Assembly: GCF_009914755.1 (NCBI RefSeq)
Contig: NC_060930.1
Source of the DNA: the human T2T-CHM13v2.0 reference genome, Homo sapiens
DNA length: 64,000 nt
Reading direction: 5' to 3' (one strand)
Shown: positions 36,446 through 62,002 of the stretch, in pieces
How the letters are laid out: each line of letters starts with the position of its first letter
Position numbering within the stretch: position 1 is the first letter of the stretch
The notes under the pieces: model-generated
Seen by the model: the letters and a program-made list of their open reading frames with translations, nothing else
What the model was told of the DNA's origin: nothing
Database searches by the model: none
Program-made: the position numbers and the translations under genes

Positions 36446-37608
36446 CTGGTGCCCTAGGGAAGTGGGGAAATGATGCTTGGGGACAAAACACTGAAATGGG
36501 GGAGGGGAAATGAAATAAAATCTTTCCAAGCCAGAGTCAAAGTCACATGGCTTGGTAGCATCAAAATGCATTCTGGATAGCAGGGTTGGCTCACAAAATG
36601 TTTATTTAGGTGAACTCACAGCTAAGCCCTAGGAGATACTCAGAAAATTTCTTTTGGATCATTACACTGCATGTGTGTGTGAATTTGGGAATGGGAAAAA
36701 ATATTTCTTACCTAGGCAAATAAGGCAGTGATATTCTTAGGAAATATTTTCAAATTCTTGCAGGGGGACTTGGTGACATTGTATTTTCTGAATTTGTTGG
36801 AAGAAACCGAAAGAGAAAATAAATTCCTGGGAGCCTCCCTTCTCTCCTGCATATACCCACCCCACCCAAACCACACACACCAGCACAAGTCCATGATGCC
36901 AACTGGGATACCAGGGCTGTGACATGTGGACCAACATTAACTGCCCAAGGACACATGCCCTGGGCTGGAACCTGAGAGGGGGTTGGGCCGGGGCAGGTCA
37001 CCCCAGCTGAGCGATCACATTTCCCTGGCAGCTGTCCAAGGGGCAGCTCCCAGCTGCACCTGTTTGTGGGGTGATTTGCTTTTATCAGTATTGACACAGC
37101 AGCAGGGCCAGGGAATAGCATAGTAATAAATAAATGAGAGAGGGAAAAAAAATAAAAAAAGGCCGGAGCCACCGAGGCGAGGCAAAAATGCTGAGGTCTT
37201 TTTTTGCTTGTATGTCAGCGCATTCAATCCAGTTTCCCCACCCCTGAAATCTCTGAGGATCACAGAGCAGGCTTGGCATGGGAACTCTGGGTCTTAAAGA
37301 GATAGAATTGCAGAATCAGAGGCATCTTAAGATCCTTTTGTGCCAGGCGTCCCTAACCAGCAGATCTCAGGGTTACTTGCTACCCTCACCTGCCCCTACT
37401 GTTTGTCAGGAACCTCAGCAGGAAGGGAGTTTCTTCCTCTCTCTGCCAACTTTAGCATCAGGGAAGTAGAATAATTCAAGTGGAGGGTCTGGAGTTAGTC
37501 AAACCTAGGATCAAATCCTGGCTCTGTCTAGCTGTGTGACTTGGGGTATATTAACTAACTACTCTGAGCCTCGATTCCTCTCCGGAAAAAATGGAGAAAA
37601 TATCTTTC

Positions 37609-38066
<458 letters not shown>

Positions 38067-38409
38067 TCCCTCGGCTTTCTTTCCAGGATTGGAAAAAAAT
38101 GCAGTACAAAACAAAAAGCAAAACAAATCTGTGGAATCTGATCTATTCCAGAAATGAGAGAGGGGAAGCAAGAGCCTGACGCTCTCTTCGTTCCTCAAAT
38201 AGGGCCAAAGGTTGCCTCTTGGTTTTTCCAGCCTTGTTGTCACTCTTCAGGGGGCCGCAAGCTGACTCACCTATGCTCTAATACAATATGATACAGTAAG
38301 TCGGATGTAAACAAACCTGTTCACCAGAAGCCACCTGACCAAGCCTAGAGATAAAATGCACTTGTAAAAATTACTAGCAATAAAGTCACTACCATGTTTC
38401 AAACACGGA

Positions 38410-38670
38410 GGCAGGTCTCCAGGGTCAGGCTAGTGTATCAGCCATAAACATGGTTTCTGCTCAGACCGCTCAGCTCTAACCCCAGGCCTGACACCTACCA
38501 GTCACATGCCTGTGTCAGGTTATTTTACTTTCAGAAGCTTTGCTTTTCTTGTCAGTAAGATGGGGGCAAGAATACCCCATCAGCTTGTTGTGAGGACCAA
38601 ATGCATGAAAAGCATGTAGTAAGAGCTTCACAGGGAGAAAATACTTGATCATGTTAGCACATGGGATCAT
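38410..38670 (+). mobile_element. MIR
   Basis: gtaagatggggg..ttgttgtgaggaccaaatg..gttagc. Confidence 0.65.
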
Positions 38671-39897
38671 TACTGTTAGATGAATGAGGCCAGACACTGT
38701 CATATTTATCTCTATATCCCCAGATCCTCAAGGCCTGGGATTTGGTAGGTACAGTAATGTTTGACGAATGAATGAATGCCAAGGCCCCTGCCCAAAAGAA
38801 GTCAAAATCTACTAGGGAAATATAAGACGTCAACTGCCCATGCCACTCACATGTGGGAGACAGCAGAGGGTTAAAAGCCATTCTGCCAGTCCCCAGGCCC
38901 CAGAGGAGGCAGTCCCTTTGATCCTTCAGTTTCATCTATCCAGGATGCTTTCAAGAGAGGAAAACAGGAAGTATCCCTGATAGCCCCTGCTTGCTCTTTT
39001 TTTTTTTTTTAAATGATGGGGAGTAGGAGGAGGATGGTCCTTTGGGTCACATTTTGTCAGGAAATCAGCCTCCTTCCTTTCAAATGCTGGAGCTTCCAAG
39101 GGGGCAGATAAATAGCTTCTTGCTCAATGCAAAGAGAAAGATGTGGTCCAGGGTAACGAGTTAGGGTTCCTTAGTTGACCACATTACTGTAACCAGATTG
39201 CAGGTGGTTTCAGACTATGTCGTCCTTCGCTTTCATTCACTCACTCACTCACTGTTGACTAAGTGCCTAGCCCTGGGCTGGACCTTGGGGTTATGGCTCA
39301 GTGTCTAACGTCCAGCATATAAATAGACCAAAAGATACAGGACAGTGAGATCAGAGAAGGTGGGGTGAACACAGAAAATTAAGAACTCTAAAGGAGAAAA
39401 CAGCAACAGGAATGAGAAAGAGGTTATAGAAGAGAGAAACATAAAAGAAAAAAAGAAAAAACCTGGAGAAGGATAAATGTATAGGAAAGAAAAAAAAAAA
39501 CAAGTTTATAAGAATTTGTAGCCAAGACAATAAAAGCCTCATAATAGAGGTGCATGCAGGAGAAAGCCATAAGCTCCAGGGACACACAAGGATGACAGCA
39601 TGGGTAGAGGCAGGAAGGAAAATAATGACTTAAGACTGCAGATCTGGTGCTAACTTAGCCAGCCCCAAAAAGAGAGTATTTGCTAACCCCTAGTGTGCTA
39701 AAGTCATATTTAAATGTTTAATTTGTTAATAAATTCAGTTATATTAATACTTTGTACATCATATTATGTACTTTGTACATAATACAATGTACATCATTTG
39801 CCAATGATGGACATTGGTTACATGGGTGGTTCCATTTGTCAACATTACACAGTTAAGATTTCTGCATTTCAAGGTATGTAAATTTCACTAGAAGTTA

Positions 39898-40350
<453 letters not shown>

Positions 40351-41200
40351 CCACCACATATAGAGGAAAAGAAATAACCATCACGTGGGCAAGGTGGTGG
40401 AGGTAGAGATGAAACAAGAAAGAATGCTGATGATTGCTGAATTTGGGGGATCTATACATGGAGGTTCATTATATTGTTCTGTTGACTTTGAATTTCTTTG
40501 AAATTTTCCATAATAAAAGTTTCTAAAAGTGGTCCATAATGTGTCACTGTTATCCTCAAGCAAATTCTTTTGTGTTATCAGGAAGTCAGCTGAGACATTA
40601 TCTAATCCAGTGTTCCTGTTAGAGATGAGGAAACTGAGGTGCACCTTGCCTTGTTCGAGGTGTTCTCAGATATCAAGTGGCAGAGCCGACGCTGGACTCT
40701 CAGGAAGAGCACCACCCTTTTGACCTTTCCACCCTCCCCTGCTCATGGGAAGCCAGCTCAGAGCTGGTCTTTGGCTGCAGATGGAATTTACCCCTTACCT
40801 TAGGTTACCTTTCCAATCCCCAGGCCCAGGTCTTGATGTGCAGGGAAATCGAGTGGGATCGGGGAGTCTCGTGGAGGCAAACCACTTTTCTCCTCCCTGT
40901 TTGGGTTCTCAAAGATAATCCTGAGTTTGCAGAAAGTCCATGAGGTCCCCTAGCTACTATATGTCAAAGGTGGGAAAGGAAACCCACACAATTCATCAAA
41001 GATTTCCGGCAAGGAATCAACACTGAAAGAAGAGTCCCAGCTCCTCGGCTAACAGGGGTGTTGCCTTAGTGCAGTCAATTCACCTCTCTTACCTTGGTTT
41101 TCTCACTTGAAATAAGAGAATGAAGATTTCGGGTTCTATTTATCTTACAGGGTTGACGGGAGGATCCCAAGAGAGGGGAAGCACTTTGAAAAGTGAAAAG

Positions 41201-41362
41201 GGGGGAGCGGGGGAGGGATAGCATTAGGAGATATACCTAATGTTAAATGACGAGTTAATGGGTGCAGCACACCAACATGGCACATGTATACATATGTAAC
41301 TAACCTGCACGTTGTGCACATGTACCCTAAAACTGAAAGTATAATAAAAAATAAAAAAAAAA
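41201..41362 (+). mobile_element. Young L1PA (L1PA3/4-like) 3' terminal fragment, 5'-truncated
   Basis: gggatagcattaggagatatacctaatg...gtaccctaaaactgaaagtataataaaa. GAG rather than the ACA diagnostic of L1Hs-Ta. TSD gaaaagt(g/a)aaaag. Confidence 0.92.
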
Positions 41363-41377
41363 GAAAAGTAAAAAGAG

Positions 41378-42328
<951 letters not shown>

Positions 42329-42418
42329 CGTCCAAATTTGATGTAGCATTATCACAAAGTGAGGGGTGGGGGAAGAGCAAGAAATGACAAGGAAGGAAAT
42401 CAGGGAACCTTTTGTAAG

Positions 42419-43020
<602 letters not shown>

Positions 43021-43089
43021 TGCAAGATTCTTGAGTATTCTCTTTTGGGTTGCGTCTTTGAGGAGAATAGGCTTTGGGGAGCGGGTAAT

Positions 43090-43640
43090 ATAGCATTTAT
43101 TGATGCCTTGCACCATGCCAGACATTGTGTTTTGTTCTCTCTGTAATATCTTGTTTACTCCTCCAAATCACCCGACAGGGAGGTACTGTTATTTTGCTCA
43201 TTTTGCAGACAAGGAAACAGAGGCATAGAGATGGTTTGGCAACTTGCCCAAGGTCAGACAGCTAGTTAGGGCAGAGGTGGGACTCAAACCCAGTCCATCC
43301 TGGGAGTGAAGCCCATGCTCTCACCCCAGGCCTCTCATCTGAGAGCCAAGGGGGCTGAGGAGGCAGCTGAGCCGCCGAGGAATGGCTGGCTGACACCTGG
43401 GCATTCGACTCACAGTCAGGAGACCTGGACTCGAGCTCCAGCTCAACTGCTTATTAGCCATGTGACCTGGGCCAAGTCATGCCACCTCTTGGGGCCTCAG
43501 TCTCTTCAGCTGCAAAACAGTGATAATAAAACCTGCTCCACCTACTTCGTGGGGCGATGTGAGGATTCCATGAAATCAGTGATAATGCAAATGCTTCGAA
43601 AACAACTGCAAAGGGCTGCAGAAATGAAGAGATCATGGTA
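43090..43640. mobile_element. Two MIR fragments (about 43090-43320 minus; 43400-43640 plus)
   Basis: MIR core motifs in both orientations. Confidence 0.7.
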
Positions 43641-44990
43641 ATTTCTTCAGAGAAGCGTCTCCTGGATTATCTCTTGGTGACATTCTAGCTCATCTCCTCC
43701 ACCTATCCTCAACAGCCTGAGTGTTGGAAGTCAGAACCCTGACCTTGTGGGTCTCTTCCAATACCGCTTTGGTGCAGAGGCAGAAGACAGCTGTTACAGA
43801 CCGTACCCACTTAAGAATTCTCCAAACAAACATATTAGAGCATTGGCTTAAGGTTCAATCCTACACCAGGAATTTCAGCAAGGGCCCCTGTCTCCTGTTT
43901 GTCGTAAAACAAACAGGCTTTCAGCTACTTGGGCAGGATTTAACTAGCGATCAGCCCTAGAGATAAGTGGATCACGCTCAACAAGCTCACATGGGAATAA
44001 TTTGTACCCAATAGCAGTTTATAATTTATATCTTTGAATCCACAGTCAGGGAGTTAGTTATCTTTGCAGTGACTAGAGACACAGACTCCCCCCATATTAC
44101 ACGCCCCCTCTGTCCAACACAGAGCTAAATGAGAAGCAGAATGAGTAATCGGGAGACTGAGTAGTGGGCATGAAATCACAGTCCAATGTGTGAATCGCTC
44201 ATTCTTACTAGAAGCCTGTAAAAATTGGAAGGTGGGACCTCCTTCAGTTTATCTGTTCTGTATACCACCCCCCACCTCTCGCTTACCCGTCATACCTATA
44301 GCACTAAGCACAGTGCCTCGCACAACAGCTCAGAGAATGTTTCGAAATGAGTGGAATTAGGGGAAAGAGAATGCAGTGGTTTCACAAGTTTCCTGGAGGT
44401 CAAGGTGAAATCTGGTGTTTGGCTCCTTCATGGGACCAGCTTGTTTGTGCCTCTTTTGTTGCGGCCTCTCCCTTCTGGAAACTCATCATCCAGTCCTGAA
44501 TAGAGTAGCAGCATTCAACTCCATCTAAGCTTAAAGGGACTATGTTTCCAAACCCCACATCAGGAAACAAAGCTTGATGGAACATTTGAAACCAGGAATC
44601 TATATCCCAGAAGGATCCACGCCCTTCTGTTTGCACTTGGATTTACACTATCCTCTTTCTGCATTTTGACAGATTTTTCTGAGTCCAGTTTACCAGTTTA
44701 TAGCTTTCCTTACAATGACTCAGTTACTCCTAAATACATCTAGGGAGATCCCTTAGACTCATCAGTAGACTTTCAAATCACCTAACCCAATGGCTTATTG
44801 ATCCTATTCTGAAGTTTGCTCAGTTCTACACTTTCTTCTTCCAATGTCTTCTTGGAGGCCCCTACACTATGCATCTACTACCCAGAGCACAGGTGGGGCG
44901 GGTAGAACATCTGAGCACAGAGAGAACCCTAATGTGCTAGGTGGTGCAAGAAAGGTCTTGGATTCTGTTTCCAGCTCTGCCTCTAATAAT

Positions 44991-45515
<525 letters not shown>

Positions 45516-45904
45516 AATAATCATTGGTGCACACATGACAATCATTGGTGTGTCCTTTGGTAAGTCAGTTCCCTCTAGGTCTCATCTGCAAAATGGAGAG
45601 GAAGGTTAGGCAGCACAGACTCAAGGTCTTAATGATCTCTTGCAAGTCAAGCACTCAATAAGTCATGAGATGGGAGAATTTGCCCACATGCTCGGCTTTC
45701 CCTTCTGTAGTTTAGGGATAAATGGTCTATGCTCCTATCTAAGGCATACACCTTCACTGAGCACGAGATCCCATCCCCTCACTCCAGCCATTCTCCCTCC
45801 TCTCTCCTGCGTCATGTTTTTTCTTCTTTGCTGAATCATTTTCATCAGCACATAAATATGTGTAATTTCACTCATCTTTTTAAAAAAGGTTGCTCTTGAC
45901 CCTA

Positions 45905-46607
<703 letters not shown>

Positions 46608-46749
46608 TCCTCTCCAGCTTGCATCCCCTTTCTCCACTCACCTTCATAGGAAAACGCCATAAAATAATTATTTATGTGGTCGGCCCTCCATATCCGTGGG
46701 TTCTGCATCCATGGCTTCCACCAACCAAAGGTCAAAACTATTTGAAAAA

Positions 46750-47810
<1,061 letters not shown>

Positions 47811-47931
47811 TACAGTATAACACTATTTACACTATTTACAGAGCATTTACATTGTCCTAGTTATTAAATTAATCTAGAGAAGATTTAAAGTATATGGGAG
47901 GATGTGTAGGTTATATGCAAATATTACACCA

Positions 47932-48240
47932 TTTTATTTATTTATTTTTGAGATGGCGCCTTACTCTGCTGCCCAAGCTGGAGTGCAGTGGCACAATCTC
48001 TGCTCACTGCAACCTCCGCCTCCTGGGTTCAAGAGATTCTCCTGCCTCAGCCTCCTGAGTAGCTAGGACTACACGTACCCCCCACCACACCCGGCTAATT
48101 TTTGAATTTTTTTAGTATTTTTAGTAGAGAGGGGTTTCACCATGTTGGTCAGGCTGGTCTGGAACTCCTGACCTCAAGTGATCCATCTGCCTCGGCCTCC
48201 CAAAGTACTGGGATTACAGGTGTGAGCCACCGCACCCAGC
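47932..48240 (-). mobile_element. AluS-like
   Basis: TSD tattacaccatttta. Confidence 0.93.
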
Positions 48241-48494
48241 TATTACACCATTTTACATAAGAGACTTGCACACCCAAGGATTTAGGGGCCAGGAACCTTG
48301 GCTCACTCCTGTAATCCCAGTGATTTGAGAGGTGGGAGGATTTTTGAGGTGGGAGGATTGCTTGAACCCAGGAGTTCAAGAACAGCCTGGACAACATAGT
48401 AAGACCCCATCTTTAAAAAAAAACAACGGATTTTGGAGTCTTCAGGGACCTTCTGAAACCAATCCCCAGCAGATACTGAGGGATGGATAAGGGA

Positions 48495-49020
48495 CAATTG
48501 TACTTTCTCCCCTTCCATTCTCTCTTTAACCCATTTGAATCATTCCGTAACTCCACCCAAGCTGCTCTTTGTTAAGATTGTCAGTCCCCTCTAGCGTGGT
48601 TAAACCTACAGGCTATCACTTAATCGTCACCTTCCTTGACTGTTCAGCAAGGATCAGCTGAGCATTCCTCCTTCCTTGAGACATTTTTTTTTCTCTTGGC
48701 TTCCAAGACACTATATTCTCTTGATTATTTCATTAAGGTCCCCTTTGCTAGGTTCTCCTCATCTCCTTCACCTCTAAATGTTAGAGAGAGCCAGACATGG
48801 TGGCAGGCGCCCATAGTCCCAGCTATTCAGAAGGCTGCGACAGGAAGGAGCCCAGGAGGTCGAGGCTGCAGTGAGCTATGATCACGTCATTGCACTCCAG
48901 CCTGGGCAACAGCACAAGACCCTTTCTCTAAAAACAAAACAGATGTTGGAGGGCTGCAGAGTTCAGTCCTTGGATCTGTTCCCTATCTTACTCTGTTGCT
49001 GATCTCATTTAGTCTCATAG
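48495..49020 (+). mobile_element. L2 fragment containing an Alu right monomer (48790-48940)
   Basis: ctccttccttgagacatt..cttggcttccaagacac..cctctaaatgtt(a/g)gag. Confidence 0.7.
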
Positions 49021-49328
49021 CATTGAACGTCACATGGCATAACCCACGTTCCCCTAGGAGGGGAACCTTAATAAACAGTTTGCATGTAGGTAGCTTATAT
49101 AGGAATGAAATTCCAGAGAGCAGAAAAGAGGGACAGGAGAAGCTAAACAGCAAAAAAAGGAACACAATTCAAGAGAGCATTCTTGAGCTGCTCACCACTA
49201 TGGGAGACAGATGCCTGACCCCAAAGGACCATCTAAGGAGATTCCGAAATGTTTGTCAAGGGATGAAAAGGGGAAGGCATTTGTCTCTCAGGTTTCATTC
49301 ACTGTTGGAGGAGGAAGTGAATATTTCA

Positions 49329-49834
<506 letters not shown>

Positions 49835-49929
49835 TCAGGTGTGGGAGCAGCAAGAATGAAGGGAGAAAATCACTAACCCCTAACCTCTGCTCTTTCCTTC
49901 CTATCATCTCAGTGGAGTGGAAGGGGAAT

Positions 49930-50150
49930 AGTAGGATGACTCTGGGCTTGACCAGGGGGCCGAGTTCTACTCAGCCTTATTCCAGCTGTAGGATTTAGGC
50001 AAGTTATTTGAACTTTCTGAACCTTGGTGTCTTCATCTACAAAATGAGGAAGATGACACCTACCATAATGAGATGTGAAGATTACATAAAATAACACAAT
50101 AAAGTCCTTAGCGGAGGGCCACAGACAGGCAATGAGTAGTACCATGGTTA
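49930..50150 (+). mobile_element. MIR
   Basis: ggcaagttatttgaactttctgaacc..catctacaaaatgagg. Confidence 0.75.
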
Positions 50151-50624
50151 CTACTGTGATTCTTTGACTATATGATAGGAAGCTGTGTGAAAAATACCTG
50201 CACCAATTGGGAGGCAGCTGCAAGTGGCACAGAAGGTCATCCTGTGGAACAGTGAGATGCAGGGGCCAGACAGTGGAGAACACTGAATCCCAAGCTGAAC
50301 TCTTGGTGCTGTAACATCGCTAAAGGATCTTGACCAGTGGACGCATAGAACATTGAGTGCCTGTGACAGGAGAGAACCCGAAGGCCTGAAGACCAACAGG
50401 AAGGAACACCCTGCCGCCACCTGGCCCTCCTCAGGCCCCTGCACATCTCCCCATCAATGCCCTTTTCGTGCCCTGTTGTAGTGACCTGTTTCAGACCTCT
50501 ATATGGCCATTTCCCTGGAAAGCCCTTGAGGGCAGGGAGAAGGATGTAGTCAGCCCGATCCTCAAGCCTGGCACAGGCCTGACACATAGTAAGGCTCCAT
50601 GAGTATTTGCTGAAGTCTTCTCTC

Positions 50625-50925
<301 letters not shown>

Positions 50926-51109
50926 TGCTGAAGTCTTAATAACCTGAGTGACTGCCATGCAATAATTCACATGTGAGGATGAAAACTTGGGTGAGGATGA
51001 TGGCAGCGAGAATGAGCATGGTCAAAATCGTAGAATATCTGGAGGAAGAGGAAGAAAACTGTTGCAATGATAATTTTTACATGGAAAGTCAAGAAGATAT
51101 GTGATCCTT

Positions 51110-52850
<1,741 letters not shown>

Positions 52851-53172
52851 GCTTTAACCAAACTTTACCCACTAGTAGCTAGTTGAGCCTGGATATATCA
52901 TTTGCCCTCTCTCTGAGGCTCAGTTTTATCTAGTAAATGGGGATTATAAGGGGATAATAATGCCTGCTCTGCCTTCCAGGGTTGTTGAAAAGATCTAAAA
53001 GATTATAGATGTTCAGATGCTCTGAAAACTGTCAAGTGTTTTTAAAATGTAAGACAACTTTAGTAATATGGTGGTGATTAATTCCTCCATCTATAGTCTA
53101 CTCAATTACTCATTTAAAGTTATGGAGGGGCTGACTTTGAAGGCTCAAGCTAAGTCATTTCACAAATACTTA

Positions 53173-53569
<397 letters not shown>

Positions 53570-53760
53570 TTAGTCTGTAGTTCCTGGGCATGGGGAGATA
53601 GCATGAAAGTGGGACCCTCAGGCCTTCAACTCCAGGTGAAGCTCGCACCTCCTCAGGGATCTCTCTCCTGCTGCATTAGGGAACTACTGCAAAGGTCCCC
53701 TCTCACCCAGGTGACTCCTCAACTAGTAACTAAAACAGAAAATTTCCCACCTGAGTATTA

Positions 53761-54333
<573 letters not shown>

Positions 54334-54404
54334 CACCCTAATAAATTGTAAAGCAACCACCTCATGGAGATTAGAGCAGAGATAAACATTGTTTTAAAGA
54401 GACT

Positions 54405-55075
<671 letters not shown>

Positions 55076-55614
55076 TTAAATGCAGGGTCAAAGGCTGGGA
55101 AAAGGTGGAGTTACTCCAGGTGACAGTGCTTATAGAGCACTATCCAGAGCATAGAGAAGGGAGTTTTGGCCAACAGGCTTGGAATATTTATTAGCATCCC
55201 ATAAGACGGGCAAGGCAATCCCTACTGTGGAGATGGCTGAGTCTGCCTGTAAAGCTTGATGTCCTTAAAGCTTTCAATCATCTGACCATTCCTTGCAATG
55301 AAACTGAGCTTCCCCAAACAATGTTCCTGTTATCACTGGGCTTCCACTTGATGCAAAGATTCAGGTCCACATAACATTAGAATAGACATTATTTTTTCTA
55401 CTCGTAAACGAAACAATTGGCATTCTTATTTTATATACTAATCAAACAAAACCAGACAAAAATCAGACAAAATCAGGCAAGGGTCTGATTTTTTTTATTT
55501 ACTCTGGTAAATAAATTAGCCACAGTGATAAATGCCACTTTAGACGGCTCTGTCCTGAGAGTGCAGACAGCCAGCAAGTCTCTTTCCAACCAACCATTTC
55601 TCATCTATCTTTGA

Positions 55615-56332
<718 letters not shown>

Positions 56333-56643
56333 TAACAATGTGTCTCAATTTTGTCCTGTCAACTGGTAAGTTTCCTGAGGGCAGCAAAGGATCACAGCTG
56401 AAAACATACCTGTAGAAAGGACCAATCACCTACTGTGAACTTAAACCCAGACAGGAAAGAAAGTTCAGGCAAGGAGTATTTCACTGAGGTTTTCATACAG
56501 AAAAAAATGAGGCCAATTGAATGTGGACCCACAAGGGAATGGTTAACTGAATTATGGTATATATGCTCAACACAATGCTATGCAGCTATGGTCCACACAG
56601 ATTACATGTGGTAATGTGGAAAATACCAATGATGTATATCCCG

Positions 56644-57056
56644 TGACAGTCAGACTCCCTGCAGGAAACAGATGGCACGCTCAAAATTGGGAAAATTGAG
56701 AAGGGTCTAATAAAGGGGCTATTTACAAAGGTGTGGGCGGCTCTGGAAAAGCGACAGAGCAGAGGGGCGCTGTTTCCATGGCTAGGCCAGGTGTCAAGGG
56801 GGAAGGGGGGCCCTGCTGGAACATGAGGGGAGAACTACCTGGAGAGGGTTCAAGGGCCCCCAGACAGGAGCTGCAGGCTTTGATGGAGGGACTCTGTTAG
56901 TCTTCGGTGATCTGGAAGGGAGGAAGAAGGGGAAGGAATATCCCTCAAACCCAACCAGAAGCCAGAGGAGGACAGGGGAGCAGCACACAGAAGCCTCCTG
57001 GAGCACCCAGCAGGGTGCAGGCGGATGGGGGGCAATCTGCAGGGGCAAACAGGAGA
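56644..57056 (-). mobile_element. ERVL-class LTR (LTR41-like)
   Basis: gcaggaaacagatggcacgctcaaa..taataaaggggctatttacaaaggtgtggg. Confidence 0.6.
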
Positions 57057-57142
57057 TGTTGCTAGTGCTCCAAAACAACACTCCAAAGCGTGGCACTTTG
57101 GCATGAACTAAAGGAGGCTGGAAGGCCTCCAAAGCAGCCTCA

Positions 57143-57724
<582 letters not shown>

Positions 57725-57790
57725 CTAGGATCCCTCTCCCCAATAGCAAGCCCTAAAACCTAAAAAGGTCACTCTCTCTCCCTTCTCCCT

Positions 57791-58088
57791 TCTTTTATTT
57801 TTCTTGAGACAGGGTCTCTCGCTCTGTCGCCCAGGCTGGAGTGCGGCATCGCGATCTCGGCTCACTGCAACCTCCGCCTCCTGGGTTCAAGCAATTCTCC
57901 TGTCTCAACCTCCAAGTAGCTGGGATTACAGGCACACACCATCAAGCCCAACTAATTTTTATATTTTTAGTAGAGATGGGGTTTCACCATGTTGGCCAGG
58001 CTAGTCTCAAACTCCTGACCTCAACTGATCCGCCCGCCTCAGCCTCCCAAAGTTCTAGGATTACCAGCGTGAGCCACCGCGCTCAGCC
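57791..58088 (-). mobile_element. AluS-like
   Basis: TSD ttctccctt. Confidence 0.93.
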
Positions 58089-58372
58089 TCCATTCTCCCT
58101 TGAAGACCTTCATTCCAGAAGGTCCTGCCCCAGACCCTGGAGGAAGGAATGCTACACAGGGAGACCAAGGCGAATCTGCACAGAAGGCCTTGCTGGGCCT
58201 CCCTCTCAGTCTGTTACCACTAGATCATCCCCTTTTGTCCAATCCTGTTTCTACACAGCTGTCCATTCTTCACCCAGCCTAAGCAAAAAAAGAGACCATT
58301 TTCCCTGGGTCTTTGGACCTTCATTTCTGAAGGCTCCTACATCAAGCAAAACTTGGATTAAATGAATTTGTT

Positions 58373-59187
<815 letters not shown>

Positions 59188-60635
59188 ACGGGCTGTGTTG
59201 CTTTTCTAATAAAACACAGTCAATGAGGCAAGTTAGGGGAAAGGGTATGAGGGAGGAGGTGGAGCAGCACAAGTCTTCCCCTCCCCTTAGTCCAAGGCAG
59301 CCCCTTGAGGCACCTTCTGGTATCCTTCCAATCCCTTCATTTTGCAAAAGGAAGAAGTGACTTGCTCAAAGTGTAAAGCAGGTTAGCGGCAAGATGGGAG
59401 GAAATCCGGATCTTCCCCCTCCCCCACAGATTTCCAAATTGTCCTTGCCTGCCGTCCGTCTCCACACCACCCGACCTCCCTTCCCCCGCCACTTGCCCCC
59501 TTCCCTTTCTCTCTTTCGCGGCAAATCCAAGAGCTTCCCTGATTTGAAGCAGCTAAACAGTCTCACACCCTTAATCTCACTGTCTGAATGATAAATCCTG
59601 TAGGGCAGCTCATTCCATTCAAGCCCTTCACACCCTCCTCTGAGTAGCTGGGTGGTCTCTTCCGCCCAAGTGGGGGCTGCTGGCCCTTCCTTCCACTTAG
59701 CATTCCCCCAGGAGTCGAGGACTTCCCGGGAGCCCGGCATTCGCCTCCAAAACAATATCCAGATAAGACACGGCCCTCCCAGCCCCCTTTCAGGGCCACA
59801 CCATAAAATAAAGCCGCGTGGGCTTTGCACCCCTGGACAGAATCCTTTGTCTGGGTTGGAAACAGCCTGAAAAGATGAAAGGGGCTCCCACTCTGACCTC
59901 TTCACCTCTTGTTATCTTGGGCCCACTCCCCTTAGACTCTCTGAAGCAGACAGCGGCGTTTTCCCATGGTCACTGGGGTTAACGACGTCTTAGCAGCTAA
60001 CTGGGAGAGGAATGTGAGGAATGTACCTGCCTAAGGGGCGATTATTTTCATCAAGGACAGGCTGAAATGGATAATGAGGTCAAAAACAAACGCCATCTCT
60101 TTCTCAAAGGACTCTCTAAAGGGAGGCTATTAGATATAGTTCATTAGTTGAGGGTGGGGGGCTAGGGAGCTACTTTTTGACCGTTGCCTGAAGAGAGATG
60201 GAGGCATTTTGCCAAGTTTAGATTCTTCTCCAAGTCAGTAGGGGGCTAAGTTTAGGCTCCGATTCAAGCTTCCAGATATCTGAGTTTCATTCGGGTACAG
60301 GCAACAAGTGGCATTCTGGGCTGAAAATATTTGCAAGAGAATGTATTGTAACTGTTCAAGTGGGGTCCATAGTAAAAAAAAACAAAAAAACTAATATCCA
60401 AAAATCAAATAATCAATTGTGGAAAACTGATGAACCAGAGTTTCTGTTTAAAAAGATATTTGTCGGTTCAATTCAGTATAACTACTATAACTACATTAAT
60501 TTTATTAAAATCACACATACTTTATATAGTTAAAGCCTTTATACATTTTCTCTCCAAAAACCTTAAGAATAATTTCACTGTAAAAAAACATTTATCACAT
60601 ATTAGCATATTTATATAAAATGTCCCAGGGCCAGG

Positions 60636-60770
60636 GCTGGCCACGGTGGCTCATGCCTGTGATCCCAGTGCTTTGGGAGGCTGAGGTGGGAAGATTGCCT
60701 GAGGCAAGGAGTTTGAGACTAGCCTGGGCAACATACTGAAATCTTGTCTCCAAAAGACAAAACAAAACAA
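60636..60770 (+). mobile_element. FLAM/left monomer
   Basis: Left arm plus (AAAAC)n tail. Confidence 0.85.
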
Positions 60771-61184
60771 AAATGGATAAAATTAAATATTCCCTTTTTA
60801 TTCCATTGCCATCACTGTAATTTAGGCTCTAACTCTCTACTCTTCACCAGTGGATTTTCACATAACTTACAAACTGGAACCCCACTTGTAAACTCCTTCA
60901 CTTCCATTCATCCTGCATCCCATACAGTTTACCTTCTTCAAATGTATCTGTGCTGTGTTCAAAACCTTCATTGCTCACCAAGGCTGAATGTGATAAGGTA
61001 TGTGCTACTTCAGTGCCCAGGCAGAACAGACATTCCTTTCCCCTCCATTTTTCTTTATACCATTACAAAATGAAGTTCAAACTCTCCAGTCTGGCATTTA
61101 TAGCCCTCCAAATCTAAATCTGATTAACTTTCAATCCTAACATCCCCACTGCATGTCCTCCCCATATTTAAAAGCCCACCCTCT

Positions 61185-62002
<818 letters not shown>

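Noticed and set aside
49025-49320. Possible LTR33/LTR16-type ERVL fragment
   Set aside because: Similarity too weak to call without an HMM search
59366-59905. 179-codon minus-strand ORF
   Set aside because: Starts at GTG, no recognisable homology, lies in GC-rich DNA where chance ORFs are expected
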